From positions 1 through 46,308 of the forward strand of contig JAHBMJ010000502.1 in assembly GCA_018398765.1 (NCBI GenBank): a DNA stretch of 46,308 nucleotides, written 5' to 3'. Positions 1 through 12,365 of the stretch are shown here, one piece after another. The stretch's first letter is position 1. Each line of letters begins with the position of its first letter. A program made the translations under genes and the position numbers. Source of the stretch: Chromera velia. Lineage: Eukaryota. Below the pieces are notes generated by a model, which was given only the letters and a program-made list of their open reading frames with translations, ran no database searches and was not told the origin of the DNA.

Positions 1-7
1 ACACACG

Positions 8-42
<35 letters not shown>

Positions 43-98
43 GTACACAGAGGGGGGGGGACGGAGAGAGAGAAAGAGAGAGAAACAAGAGAGAGAGA
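1..98. repeat. (CA)n and (GA)n microsatellites
   Basis: Read directly: acacac... at 1-40, gagaga... at 64-98. Confidence 0.9.
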
Positions 99-776
99 AC
101 ACTAATCAAGTGAGAGCACCTCTGGCATCGGTCCTTTGGCTGGAAAACGGATGCGAGCCTCTAAGAATGACGCAGCCTGCCAAGTCTTCGAACCATTCTT
201 TTACCACACAACTCCCGATCGCTCCCATACACACACCAACCGGATTGGCTCCATCTTCCCCCCTTCCGCTCCCTCCCTCCCTCCCTCCCTCGGTCACTCA
301 CTTGCACTCGAGCCGTCTTTCCTCCTCGCCCTCCGTCCACTCCCTCTCCCCTTCCGCCCCGTCTCCCCGATCCCCCCACCCGCCCCGCATCTCCAGACGG
401 AGTCGCTGCAGTGCCCCCCACACAGAGCAGAAAGGAGAGCAGACCCGGTAGAGATGCAGTGAAGGAAGAAGATACAATCGCACCGCGGGTGTGTGTCGCA
501 CAATGAGCATGCTGGGAAACAGGAAGAATCAATTGCCCGACGGACGGCAGAAAGAAGTCAAATGTATAATAATGGAGACGAAAAAAGGAAGTCAAGGAAA
601 ATGGTAGAGGGGTGGCAAGGACTTTCATTTGTCTGAAGCTGCTGTGGAAAGGAAACCTTGCAAGGACGGTACGACGGAAACGAGACGTCTCCATGAGACA
701 CACCCCTGTCCCATGAAACTTCCCCCCCCCGTTCTAAACACCCGTCTACTGGTGTCACGACAGTATGCTGACCGAC

Positions 777-2356
777 CTTGTTCTCCATGGCTTCTGTTTC
801 CAGTCTTTTTTCAGTCTCTCGAAGCATGTGTTCAAGTTCTGCCTCCTCTCTCTCACGCACCCCCAGGGCTCTCTTTGCAGAAGACAGCTGCACACAGAGC
901 CGCCTCTCCTCCTCCTCTCGCTTTTGCACCTCAGATTCCAACGCCGCCACGCGACTCCAGAGGGACTCCAGAAGCTGCATGGATGACGGACCAGAAGAAG
1001 AAGAAGAAGAAGAAGAAGGACCAAAAGACAGAATGAATACAAGCATACACAGACAGAAGAAAATGAACCGAGAACACACGGAAGGCAGAAAGATAAAGCT
1101 CATCAAGCCAAAAAGCACGAAAAATTCACGAATGTCCAGGCGCTTCCCCCCCCNNNNNNNNNNNNNNNNNNNNNNNNNNNNNNNNNNNNNNNNNNNNNNN
1201 NNNNNNNNNNNNNNNNNNNNNNNNNNNNNNNNNNNNNNNNNNNNNNNNNNNNNNNNNNNNNNNNNNNNNNNNNNNNNNNNNNNNNNNNNNNNNNNNNNNN
1301 NNNNNNNNNNNNNNNNNNNNNNNNNNNNNNNNNNNNNNNNNNNNNNNNNNNNNNNNNNNNNNNNNNNNNNNNNNNNNNNNNNNNNNNNNNNNNNNNNNNN
1401 NNNNNNNNNNNNNNNNNNNNNNNNNNNNNNNNNNNNNNNNNNNNNNNNNNNNNNNNNNNNNNNTTCACTTACCTCTTGGTTGTCTGCACTCCGAGCCAGA
1501 GCCATCGACTCCCGCAGGCCCCCCACACCCTCCCCCGCAGCTGTCTGCTGGGCCATTCGACTTCTTCCAGGAGGTCCCCATCCCTCTTTCTTCTCCCTCT
1601 GACGTTCATCTTCTCTTTCCCTCTCCTTTTCCCTTTCCACTCTTGCCAAGATGATGTTTTGCTGTACAGAACACACATGACTCAAAAAGGACGTGAGAAG
1701 AGTCTTGATCTCAGAGAGGGCCCGCTTCTTCTTCTTCGTCTTCACGGCTTGCGGCTTCTCGTCGCATACCATTTCTTCTTCTTCTCTCTGCAACTTCTCC
1801 CTAGCAGTGTCGGTCTCTCTCAAACAGTGGGGATTTTCTCCCTCTCCTTCCCCGTCCGCAGTGAAAAGGAAAGGAGCGTCTTCAGAAGTAAGAGGGGCCG
1901 TTTTCGTGTCTTCAGATCCCACAGAAATCCCGAAGTGCGTTTGTGAAGCCGGGGAGCCCACGGTCAATCTGACTTCTTCCGACGGTGGAAGCGTCTTGTC
2001 TCCTCCCCCTGCGGCGAGGGCCCTGCAGTGACAGAAATATCGAGGAGAAGAGGAGAGATTCTGTCTGACACACCAGCAGTTTTTTGTCCGTCCATTAATT
2101 CAGACGACACAAAGAATCTTCAGCCAGATGGGTGAATTGAAACACGCGGTATAAAACGTTCAGGCCCGAATCGTATTTCGCAAGAAGGCAGTTTTTCCTT
2201 TCTGCGCTTTAATTCTGCGTGCCAACAAAATTTTGTTGCTTCACATCACTCATTTCTTTCTTTCTTCCTTCCTGCACGCAGCTCTGTTTCTTCCCTTCTC
2301 GGGGTTCTCCTCAGTCCAAGCTCCACCACATCAAAAAGGGTCTGAAAAGGAAGGAA

Positions 2357-2391
<35 letters not shown>

Positions 2392-5300
2392 CACTTCAAA
2401 GACCGAAACAGTGCGGACCAAGATGCGTGGACCTGCAAGAAAAATTCATGCATTCATTTTCATACTAGAAAAGTAAAAAGAATTCTGTATGAAAAAAAAA
2501 TGGATGCGTGGACCTGCAAGAAACAGAGAAAGAAGAGCAGGAAGGACCCTTAAGGAAGTGGACCCATACAACGAATTTTGAACCACTGCACGCACGACTC
2601 ACTGGCTGTGCGGAAGAAAAGAGAAGGCGTATGAACCGAAGGCGTTTCGGATAGCGCCTCCAACTACCCAGAGTCAGGGAAGGCGAGAGCGAAAGCAGCT
2701 AGAGAGAGAGAGAGAGAGGGGGGGGGGGGAGAGAGCACCACATACGACATGGAAAAGAAGGGACAAATTCCCTCATCGAATTGCCCGACTGACTCACTGA
2801 CTGACTGACTGACTGACTGACATCTCTGACATCCTCTTCACAAACCCCGAGGGCAGCCAGTCGGGGGTCCAGTTCTCTCTCTTCTTCCTCCCCTTCCGAC
2901 TCAGAATAGTCAGCATGCCCCCCACACTCGTCCAGCCCGAGTCCCTGCTCAGTCTCTTCCCCTTCTCCTTCCTGAACATACTGAGGCCCCTCCTGCTCTC
3001 CTCCCTCCCGGACCGAGGGCAGAGTTCCCCTTCCTCCTCCTCTTCCTCTCTCATGATGTTCAGTACGGACCTCTCTCAGAGAGGGGGGGCGAGGCGGTGA
3101 GTGCATCCTCATGATGGCTGCCTCCAAATCCTCCTCCTCTTCTTCGCAGTCAGGAAGCTCCAGAAACCTGGAAGCACGAGCGATTGATGGAGTCTGAGGT
3201 GCGGCAGACGCAACGAAGGAAACCGTCTCCGTCTCGTCTGCATCCCCTGCAAACCCAAACCCTCCTCTTCCTTCGTCAACCCCCCTCCCTTGGCTTCTGC
3301 TGCTTCTTAGCGGCTCTAAACTCTCTCGAGACCTCTCTGCTTTGTTATGCAAAGCTTCCCGATGTCCGAGGGAAGCAGTGCATTTTGCCACGGTTTCCCG
3401 CCAACCTGCTGACCCTCCCCCCTTTCCCCTACTTAGACGGGTGGTCTCTCTGGGCACTTTCTCCTTTTGGTTCCGATTGATCGACAGGGACCAGAGGCAG
3501 GAGAGAGAGGGGACAGAGAAGGGCGAAGAGGGAGAGTCAGAGTCTTCTCCCTTGACGACCTGTCTCTGTCTTTCTGTCTCTACAAGTCTCATTCGGACAT
3601 TTCTGCCTCTTTCGTCCTCAAGGATGCGCTGTCCTTCTTCTCTGTCGAACTTTGTGCTCCCTGCTGTAACTCCCTTTTTCCTCTCGAAAGATCCCCCCCC
3701 TTCCTCCCCCCATGCATTCAAAGGCCTCTGAGAAGATGGAGGTCGGAATGGCTCCCCGTTCTCGGAGTCCATCCCGACCTCACGACTAGCAGGAACAGAA
3801 GATGCAGCGGTCGGAGAGCACACGGCCTGGCGAGGTGCAACGCATCCAGGACTGCAAATAATGACTTCTGCGTCTGCTTCACTAACCTTTTCTCCCTCTT
3901 CCTCGTTTCTTTTTGGGAAGAAAGAACTCTGCTCGAACGACCGCTTTTCTTTTGCTTCCTCCTGCACCACTCGAATCTCACCTCCTCTCTCTTCCCCCTC
4001 ACCCCCCTCTTCCCTGTTCTCAACTCTCAGATTCCTCGACTGTTCCGTTCCCCTCTCCTCAACTGTCAGACTGATGTGAGAGGGGGACGTGGGGACGAGG
4101 GGGACTCCAGGCGGTTCATTGCCCCCCTTCTCCTCTTGAGCCTCAAGTGAACGAGGAGAGGCGGAAGTGCTGAACTGAAGCCGCACCCCACCCTGCTGTC
4201 GCAACTCTCCATTGACTCGACTCCGATAAACGTCCCCCTTTGTTCGGATCACCGTGGGGGGATCTCCTTCCCGTCCTTCCTCTTTGTCTCCCCCGTCCTC
4301 TTTCACCTCTCTGGACATGGACACGGTCTGAAGCGGCTTCTGTCGGGCAGTCAGGGGGGAGTGTGCCCTTTCCTGAATAGGAGAGGAAGGGTGTGGTGAG
4401 GCCCTGACGGGAGAGGGAGAGGTGGGCCTCTGCTTGAGACGAGAAGAAGAAGGGCATGGGAGGGCCGGGGGGGTGTTTTGGAGTTCTCTTCTCTTTAGAT
4501 GAGTCTCAGTGTCTGCTCCCCCTTCTGGACTTTCTTGTTCAGTCCGGACACGTCCAAGGGGGGAGTGACGTGATGAGGCAACGGCAGTCTGGATTCCTCT
4601 GCGAACAGAAGAGGCAGATGAGGCATCAGGCATGTCTCTCTGGTGCTCTCTGCGGGCAGTTTGGGGGAAGTCCTTCTCAAGGTCGCCTTCACGGGCACTT
4701 TCTTGCGGAATGTCTGTTTCATGCTTAACAAGGGGGGCAGTGGGAAGGGACGGGGAGACGAAGGGTGGGGTTTCTCTCTTGAAGGACAGCGTTAGAGGCG
4801 ACACAAAAGGATCAGGGGGCGTTGGAATAGAGAGAGAGGCCTGGCTGGGGACTTCTGTCGCCCCACCCTTCCTCTCGGGGGACGGTTTTTCTTCAAATGA
4901 GACTGGTTGGGGGGGTGGGGGGAGTGGAGGGACGGGGAGGCATCTGGTCTCTGCGAGTTGTCTGAGAGACGTCTTAGAAGGGAACATACGGAGAAGAGAG
5001 AGCAGGGGATCCTCGCGTCCGGTCTCTTTGACCTTCCCCTCCTCAGTGCTTGGCTGCACCCCTCCCCTTCTCTGTGCCTCATTCGCGTTCCCCTGACGGT
5101 CGGTTGGACGGCCTGCCCTACGACTGGGCAGCGACGGAGATTCAATCACGGGGGTCGCCCATCCACTCTCCACAGGGCACTCTGCAGTCTCTCCACAAGG
5201 ACGTGCTGATGCAGAGGAGGAACCATGGGGGGGCAAGGGTTCAGCAGCAGTGGACCTGACAGAGACCAGGTCTCCATGAATAGGCGCTCGTCCTCCTTCT

Positions 5301-6619
5301 GCCCACATCCCCCCGTTCCTCTTCCTTGCCTTTACATTATTCTGGCTGCTGCTTCCCATCTGGTCTTTCCTCTTCTCCTTCCCCCCTCTGCCTGCAAGGA
5401 TTCGGATCAATTCTGTCTCTACAGATTCTGCAAAGCCTGTGCTGTCTGAGTCATCATCCGACGTTCCCCAAATTTCCTGTACAGAACCTCTCAACTCAGA
5501 CCCTCGATCCCTCCACCCCCCATTGCCCCTTTCCCCTCCGGCGCCACCCTGCCTCACCTGGGCCCCGTCCCCCCCCGCGAGGGGAAGGGATACAGGACCT
5601 CCATCGGCTGGACAAGTCAAAGGGGTGCTGACGGGCGTCCGCACTCCCAACAAGGAGACCCTGACGGAAGGAGACGGGGAAGCTGGAGGACCGGCGGAAG
5701 AAAGAGACAGGGGAGAGGCGGGTGTGTGTCTCTTCGAAGTACCATCGCCTTCTCCCCTTCGCGCCCCTCTCCGACTGCGCGGACGCTCTCTCAAGAGGTC
5801 TCTCAGCGCAGAAGAAGACGAAGTCTGGGAGAAGGCAGAGTGTTCTAGAGGGTTTCTATCAGGGTGCTTTTCTTCCTGTCCGACCTCAGTTCGTCTCTGT
5901 TTATGTGAAGCAGAAGGATCATGGCTGAATATCTCTCTCCTGTACTCCGTAGAGGAGGGGCCACGTTTTGGCCTTTCCCCTGTGGGAGGCAGGGGAGGGG
6001 GACGGGGTTCATGAGTGTGGGGATCGGCTTCTTCTTCACCTCTAACGGGAAAGGACAGGCAGGAGAGAGAACGGGAGTGAACAGCAGGGACAGAGGAATA
6101 GCCTGGAAGTGCACACTCTGAAGTCGTCACATCGTTCTGTCCTTTCATTCCACTCTTCTTTTCTCTCAAATTCTGTCGTCTCCCCCGCAACAAATCTCTC
6201 AACTCCTCTTTGGCCTTAGCCTTTCGTCCCTCACGCTCCTCTTTCACGTCGGCAGAGGGATGGAGGGGACGAACGGGCCCAGCATGAGAAAAGGCTTTGT
6301 GGATTGGCCCTGGACGGTCTCTCTCATGCAGGGTGAGCCCGTGACCTTCACAAGAAAGGCCAGAGATCTTTTGCGTTCCATAGCGGCCAGGAGCGTCAGA
6401 AAACGACGCTTGATACGGATGCGAATCCACGGATGATAAACCTCGAACTGAAGCTTCCATGCCCGATGGCTTGCCATCCGACGGATGCCCTTCTGTCCGC
6501 GCGTGCATGGACATCACTCTCGATGCAGCATCGACTGCCTTTCCTTCGTTTGCCACGATGGCTCTCGCTGCTTCTGATCTACCGTCTCCGTGAGATCCGA
6601 TCGACTGAATATGAGACAT
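777..6619 (-). CDS. Large low-complexity (Ser/Pro/Glu/Arg-rich) hypothetical protein with a C-terminal coiled coil; multi-exon, 3' end unresolved
   Basis: Open frame of ~3.8 kb from 6619 to ~2821, ending at a GTCAGT donor. Candidate downstream exons follow pyrimidine tracts + CAG at ~2341, ~2022, ~1663 (ends GAG|GTAAGT near 1473) and ~975-777 (LLESLWSRVAALESEVQKREEEERRL..., heptad-like, ends AAG|GTCGGT). No domain recognised; joining these into one gene is inference. Confidence 0.6.
1154..1463. other. Assembly gap (N run), probably within an intron
   Basis: 310 consecutive N. Confidence 0.99.
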
Positions 6620-6885
6620 CTACAGGCCCACCGACCACGTATATGTTTCGATAGAATCTGCTCGAGCTCATTTGCTGCGTGCTAACAACAACCTTCAAAC
6701 TTCCAAGGCACAGATGCGCGGCGTGCAAAGGCGGAAACTGGGCGGTCACTCTTTCGATCTAGCTCATTCTAGCTCTGTTCTGATATGGCACAATATGGCA
6801 CAGTCTGACTGTCAGATATGTTGCATTTCTTAGCTCGGCAGCAAGAGGCGCGTATCGGTCTCGCGGGGATTTTTGTGGACTTGAC

Positions 6886-6925
6886 GCACGCATGCATATG
6901 TGCATGCATGCAACATGCATGCAGA
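6886..6925. promoter_or_regulatory. Cluster of TGCATGCA motifs in a divergent promoter region
   Basis: Overlapping TGCATGCA copies at 6901-6912 and 6916-6923, another at 7055, between head-to-head starts 6619(-) and 7321(+). TGCATGCA is a known ApiAP2 target motif in apicomplexans. Confidence 0.45.
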
Positions 6926-7320
6926 TCCGCGATCGACTTGCAGCACCGCAACAATACCGCAACATGCAACTTTCGTCCGAGGCAAGATGCATACTGGTCC
7001 GACAAAGGACCAGAGAGACACTAAAGAGAACTTTCGTCCTTCTGTTGCGCGAAGTGCATGCATCATCATTGGTCCACTTGATCTGCACCAGAACAGTGAT
7101 CAGTCCCGTGACCGCTTCCTTTCTGAGTAACACCAAGGTGGTCACACAATGGAGTGTGTCGTCGATGCCGTGTAGATCGACTGTAAGGGCAGCAGTTCCT
7201 TTCTTTCCTTTCTGTTGGACTCTTTGAAGGACTAACTCACACACAGATTTCCATGTATACATCTGTAACTCGACCGTATAATAGAAGCTTTCAGGTTTCA
7301 GTCAATCACTGGAGCACACA

Positions 7321-8172
7321 ATGTCAAACTTTGTGACCTTTGCACTGAAGCAGTTCGGCCTTGGCCTTGAGTGGTTTGGGGCCTTCAGTATTGGACTGTT
7401 CCTGACAGGGTTTTGGGGGATTGTGTTGCGATGTGTTGTTCCCTTCTTCCCCGAGACCTACATCCCTCTTACCGTCTACTTTCTCATGATGGTGCCTGCA
7501 CTGGTCATTGGTGCTCTCTGTCGGTTTTGCATCACCATGCAGAGGGATGCAGCGCTTCGTGAGTGGGACTCACTCTCCCTCCCTTGGAAAGCGTTTGTGT
7601 GGACGTGCAATCATGTCTCCATCTGGCCCACAGCAGGATGGTATCTGGTCATGGACGCCCTGGGGCAGAGGAAGTACTGCGATCTGATTGATCTCTCCTC
7701 AAAAGGATTGGAGAAAAGCCCCAAAATCTTCCTCACGGGGTTGCCCACTTCTGCTTTGATCAAGAAACTGCACGCCCAGCACGGTTTGAAAGCGGTGGTG
7801 AATTGTTGCGTTGAGTCTGCTGGGCCCGCGGCAGTGTATGAAGAGCTGGGAATACAGGTGTGCAGTCTGGAGGCAATGGATTACTGCAACCTTTCCCGCC
7901 TGCAGGTGGCGAAGGGTGCATTGTTCATGAAGAAACATATCGACCAGGGGAATCCTGTGCTTGTGCACTGCAAGGCAGGGAAGGGCCGATCAACCACGGT
8001 TGTCGTGGCCTACCTAGGCAAGTACATTTTTGGCAAGGACGCATTCGCAGCCAATCAAATCGTGCGAAAGTCCAGGCCAAGCGCGCTTTGGATTCATAAG
8101 AGAGCTGCGGTACAGGGTTTCATAGAGATGAGTGAAGATCAAGTACAGGTTGTTCAAGAAATGCTGGACTGA
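7321..8172 (+). CDS. Dual-specificity phosphatase, PTPMT1 (phosphatidylglycerophosphatase)-like, with N-terminal hydrophobic helices
   Basis: Intronless 283-aa ORF with CX5R loop VLVHCKAGKGRS. The segments IWPT...YCDLID...IFLTGLP...KAVVN...MDY and the C-terminal IVRKSRP follow the PTPMT1/DSP pattern. Two hydrophobic stretches in the first ~70 aa. Confidence 0.88.
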   Translation: MSNFVTFALKQFGLGLEWFGAFSIGLFLTGFWGIVLRCVVPFFPETYIPLTVYFLMMVPALVIGALCRFCITMQRDAALREWDSLSLPWKAFVWTCNHVSIWPTAGWYLVMDALGQRKYCDLIDLSSKGLEKSPKIFLTGLPTSALIKKLHAQHGLKAVVNCCVESAGPAAVYEELGIQVCSLEAMDYCNLSRLQVAKGALFMKKHIDQGNPVLVHCKAGKGRSTTVVVAYLGKYIFGKDAFAANQIVRKSRPSALWIHKRAAVQGFIEMSEDQVQVVQEMLD

Positions 8173-8311
8173 TTCCGACTGACCTTCCGATTCTCAGAAG
8201 GAATCCGATCGTACAGTCCAAACGATCAATGCCAGTGTGGCGACCGGAATTTTGTCATCTCCATTTTTCTTTGCAAAAAGCATCATGAAAGCTCATGCAT
8301 TTGAAGAAATC

Positions 8312-8378
8312 ATGAATGAATGAATGAATGAATGAATGAATGAATCAATGCAATTCAATGCAATTCAATGCAATGCAA
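8312..8378. repeat. (GAAT)n microsatellite followed by short CAATG/CAATT repeats
   Basis: Read directly. Confidence 0.85.
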
Positions 8379-9764
8379 TATACTACTCAGTGAATGAATG
8401 AACGAATGACTCGGATCAGAATGATTTTGAAAGCATTACTTGTAAAATGATCATCTTTAGCTAGATTTTTAATTTATTAGACATTAAAGCACCAACTTCT
8501 TACTGTAAACTAAAAAATTCAAGTTGAGCAATCAAATTTAGGCCGACAGCTAGACTGAGCTAGTTAGTATGCTTAGACTTAGGCTCACAGCTATAGGCGT
8601 TGCATGTGTTTTTGAATTTTTAAAAAAATTAACTACGTCTGCTTGGTTAACTTTTTTAAAAAAAGAGAGAGATCAAAAGTTAATCTGTGTGCAAAGACAG
8701 GTTTGATACCAACGATCATACCGTTTCATACAGGAAAGTATATGTGTTTTTCTAAATGTTTTTTCTTTATATTTTGACATGAAAAATAAAAAAATGACAT
8801 ATATATCAATTTAACTTTCAACTTTGAAGTTTTTATTTCTTTGTTTACATGCGACGCTTAGTAGGCTCATACAGAGAAATCTAAACGATAACTTAGTCCT
8901 AAACTTAGTATTTATAAAAACAATCTGACGTGGACGGTGGATCTACACTAGGTTTCTCATGTAATTTCTAACTCGTTTATTTTTAACGGTTTCTAATTTG
9001 TTGAAGTTCTTTCAAACAAAAGTTCAAGTTTCAAAACGAGCCAGAAAACGAGTAAAAAGCGCTGCCTTTTCCAAACTGCGCTGTACGTGCAGTCGTTTTT
9101 TCCTGCCCTACGCCGCGCCCATCCACCCCGCTCATACCTCGCCCCGACCCCAAAGGCAGTGCTCAGCCCCAGACTCAGCCCGCCTTCTCTTTGAATTTTT
9201 GCTAATTTTTGCTAATTTTTGCCTTCTTTCAGACCGTAAGGAATTCAAGCAGCGTCCCAATCAATGGCAATCATAATCAATACGTAGATATGCTAAGACA
9301 AAGGAAGCAAACAGAAGTAAGGTCGGCGGAATGCTGTGTTGGTATGTTTTCTCACAAGTGCAGGAACTTGCAAGGAAACTGCGACGTATGAACACTCAAG
9401 AAGAAGTCAGACTGGCTGCACGAAAAGAACGAACGGAAATAAGCTTCGCCAAAGAAGAACGTTTGGGGTTCTCAAGGGCAAGGCAATTCCATGCACACCT
9501 CAAGAGGCACACTTCGGACTGAAAGACATGCAGGCAGGAAGAAAAGTGGAAAAACAAACCAACGGTCCAGTAGTGTCTGTTGAGGGGAGTGGGACAACAG
9601 AACGAGAGGAGCCCACAATATTTATCCCGTCCATCCTCTTTGACTCATGGTGGTCGCACCCTACATTCGTCTCTCTGTGAAGGATGACTGGCTACCCACA
9701 ATTTTTCACCCTCTCCCGGCGTCTCCTTTCCTGCCAGTTCAGTGCCTCCCTCTATCTATCTCAC

Positions 9765-12365
9765 TCACTCGCCCCCCTTCCACGCCTTGAGAAGACCACA
9801 CTCCTTCTTGTGCCCCCCCTTCCAATGGAGCTTCTGGCAGGCTGCAGAACAGTACTGAGCATGCTGGCACCCACTGCACCTCTTCAAATTCTCCTCCGCC
9901 CATCTCGTCGCCAACTGCCCTTCTGTAACTGTTGGAGCAGCACTGCACACAGGGTTCGCACACGTCCCATCGAGGTTTTGTCCGTCTGGGGAGTGTTTTG
10001 CCTTGAACAACACACGCGAAATCGGACACCCACGGACGTTCTCCAACGGCAGCGTGAGCACATGCCGCTCTTCCGTTTGACCCTCAGTGCCCTCCCTCTC
10101 CCCCCTCGCTGTCCCCTCTGACAAAACTCTGACTTTGAACGATCCATCAGGGAGCTTTGCCGTCACCTTCGCCCTTCTGGCGTTGAAACGACGGAGGGCG
10201 GGGCTCTCAATACCCCGAAGACGAACGATGGAGCCACGGGTCAGTTTTTGTGCTTCTCTTTCGGAGAGCGGGCGGATCTGCTGAAGCATCTCAGCCCATT
10301 CACGAGTCAACAGCCCGGTCAGAGGAAGAGCGCGCTGGAGGATTCTGTCGGACTCTGAAAGCTCTTTCGAGAACTCAAAATGTACCGACAAATAAATAAC
10401 CGAGAAGCTCAACGATTTGGTCAAGGCATTCGTCCCCCCCGGGCTCCACCGGCCCCATATGCATGCGCCCACTCGGACCGGGCGTTCAGGACAGAGATCA
10501 GGGAGTCAAAAAACTCGCGGGCACCCAGCCGTTCGAACAAAAAAGTCGCGATCTCCATGTTCTGGGCGGCTTCGTAAATCAGCTCAACAACGCGACCGAC
10601 GGCATCCCATCGATCATATTCCCCCCACGTGCCCCATGCGTGCGTCAAGACGCCTACCATCGCCCCCAGACCACTCAGCTGCTCATCAACCACTCTCCAC
10701 TGTTTCAAAGGGAGCACCCCCATTTTGTACAGGGCATGCACCCCCAGCGACTTTCGAGGCTCGTACATACCCCATGACTGCTGAACTTGCGTGTCAGTGG
10801 ACAGGAAAGTGAAGACGGCTGTGAGTAGGTCTGTGGATGTCAATGAGGAGTCTGCAAGGCACTTCAGCGTTTTGCCGAGGTGTCGCGCAGTCAGCAATCC
10901 TGACTCAGTCAAGAGGAGAAGAGCACAGTGCTCCTCATCCGGGTTGTCTGATCGCATCCACGCAAACACCTCTTTCAGCTCATCTGTCGCCTGCAGACAC
11001 GGCAAGGACATCCATGCATTACAGCTGGAAACCGTCCACTCCCTTTGAGTGTGAGACACGAGGTGCTCAGTGCCCGCACTTCCAACACTGACACGTCATT
11101 TCACTTTACACAAAAGCCGAACTCTGCCCACACAGACAAAAATACGTTGACACGTCTCTTTTTCTTCAAAAGATGCAAAGACCAAATGCAGCTACCCAAA
11201 TTTGAAAACAAGGAAATCATGTATGCACTGTCAGAGAGCACAATTGAGAAGAAAACACATAGACGCAGGACAGGCAGACGAACCTTGATGAGACCATCCA
11301 CAAAAGCGAAGGAGTCCTCTCTCTTGGGCACAGGGTATTCATTCTCTCGTACTAAGAATGCTGTGCGCAATACGGCCGGAGACCCCTTTCGCATCGCCTC
11401 GATCACCAGAGGAGCAGACTCCGCGTGGGCCTGAGGGGATGTCCTCAGCCGCTGGATTCTGGTGATGAGCTCAAGATCGGACTCACTGTAGGCCACCATC
11501 GCTTCCCCACGACTCCTTCTCTGAAAAGCATCATGGGGATCAGTTGTGAATTCGTTACAGTATTGATCAAGAGCGCTCAAAGAGCTCTCATTGGATCGGA
11601 CGGCAGTCAAACTGTTCAGTCGCTTCACAAACTTCTCTGCTAGTTCTGTGGGGGGCCCTTCTCGCTCAGGGTCCCAGAAGTGGAGGGCTCGCATGGCGTC
11701 TGTTCGGGCTTTTTTGAACTGTCCCAGCTTTGCGCTCGCAAGTGCACGACTCCAGAGCGCCATGGCATGACTCGGAGTGAACAGCAACGCGCGAGAACAG
11801 TCATCGTAACATCCCTGCCAATCTCCCAACCCCATGCGTGCTGATGCTCGGTCGTAGAACAGATCGCGTTTCAGATCAGGACGAGACAGTAAAAGGTCCC
11901 CACCGGCCTCCAACCCCATCAACCCCTCTGTGTAAGCAGCAATGGCTGCTTGAAAATCTCTGGTGCGGAAAAACTCGTCTCCTCTATCTTTGGCAACAGA
12001 TACAGGATCGGTAGCGGGTTTCTTTTCGGACTGTTCATCCTGCGGCTTCGTGGCTGTGACAAGCAGCGGATGCTCATCAAAAACAATTCCGGATGAATGA
12101 ACTCTCAGCCGATACCACTGTTGTGCATCCACCGGCAGCGGGCACTGTGAACTGAGAAAAAAATTTTCTGTCCAGCCAAACCACCAACTACGCTCGGAGC
12201 AATGATCCAATGTGAACGTTTTTCATCCCACATGATCACGACACCATTCTCCAGGTGCTTCCACGCAGGCTTCCCATTCACGGTCTGCTTTTTGAGTCTG
12301 TATTTCCCGTCGCAGAGGCCCGAGGCATTTGAGACAAAAATCTCAGGAAGGTACGTTCCCGCCAT
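9765..12365 (-). CDS. TPR-repeat and MYND zinc-finger protein (multi-exon)
   Basis: TPRs: AKDRGDEFFRTRDFQAAIAAYTEGL, LFYDRASARMGLGDWQGCYDDCSRAL, ALWSRALASAKLGQFKKARTDA. Clean phase-0 intron 11283-10991 (AAG|GTTCGT...TGCAG|GCG). C-terminal MYND: CANPVC...KRCSGCQHAQYCSAACQKLHWKGGHKKEC. Two frame changes (near 12160 and 10437) need short introns or indels. Confidence 0.78.

Noticed and set aside
558..1967. 469-aa ORF as a single CDS
   Set aside because: It runs through the N gap and intron-like pyrimidine tracts; only parts look like exons.
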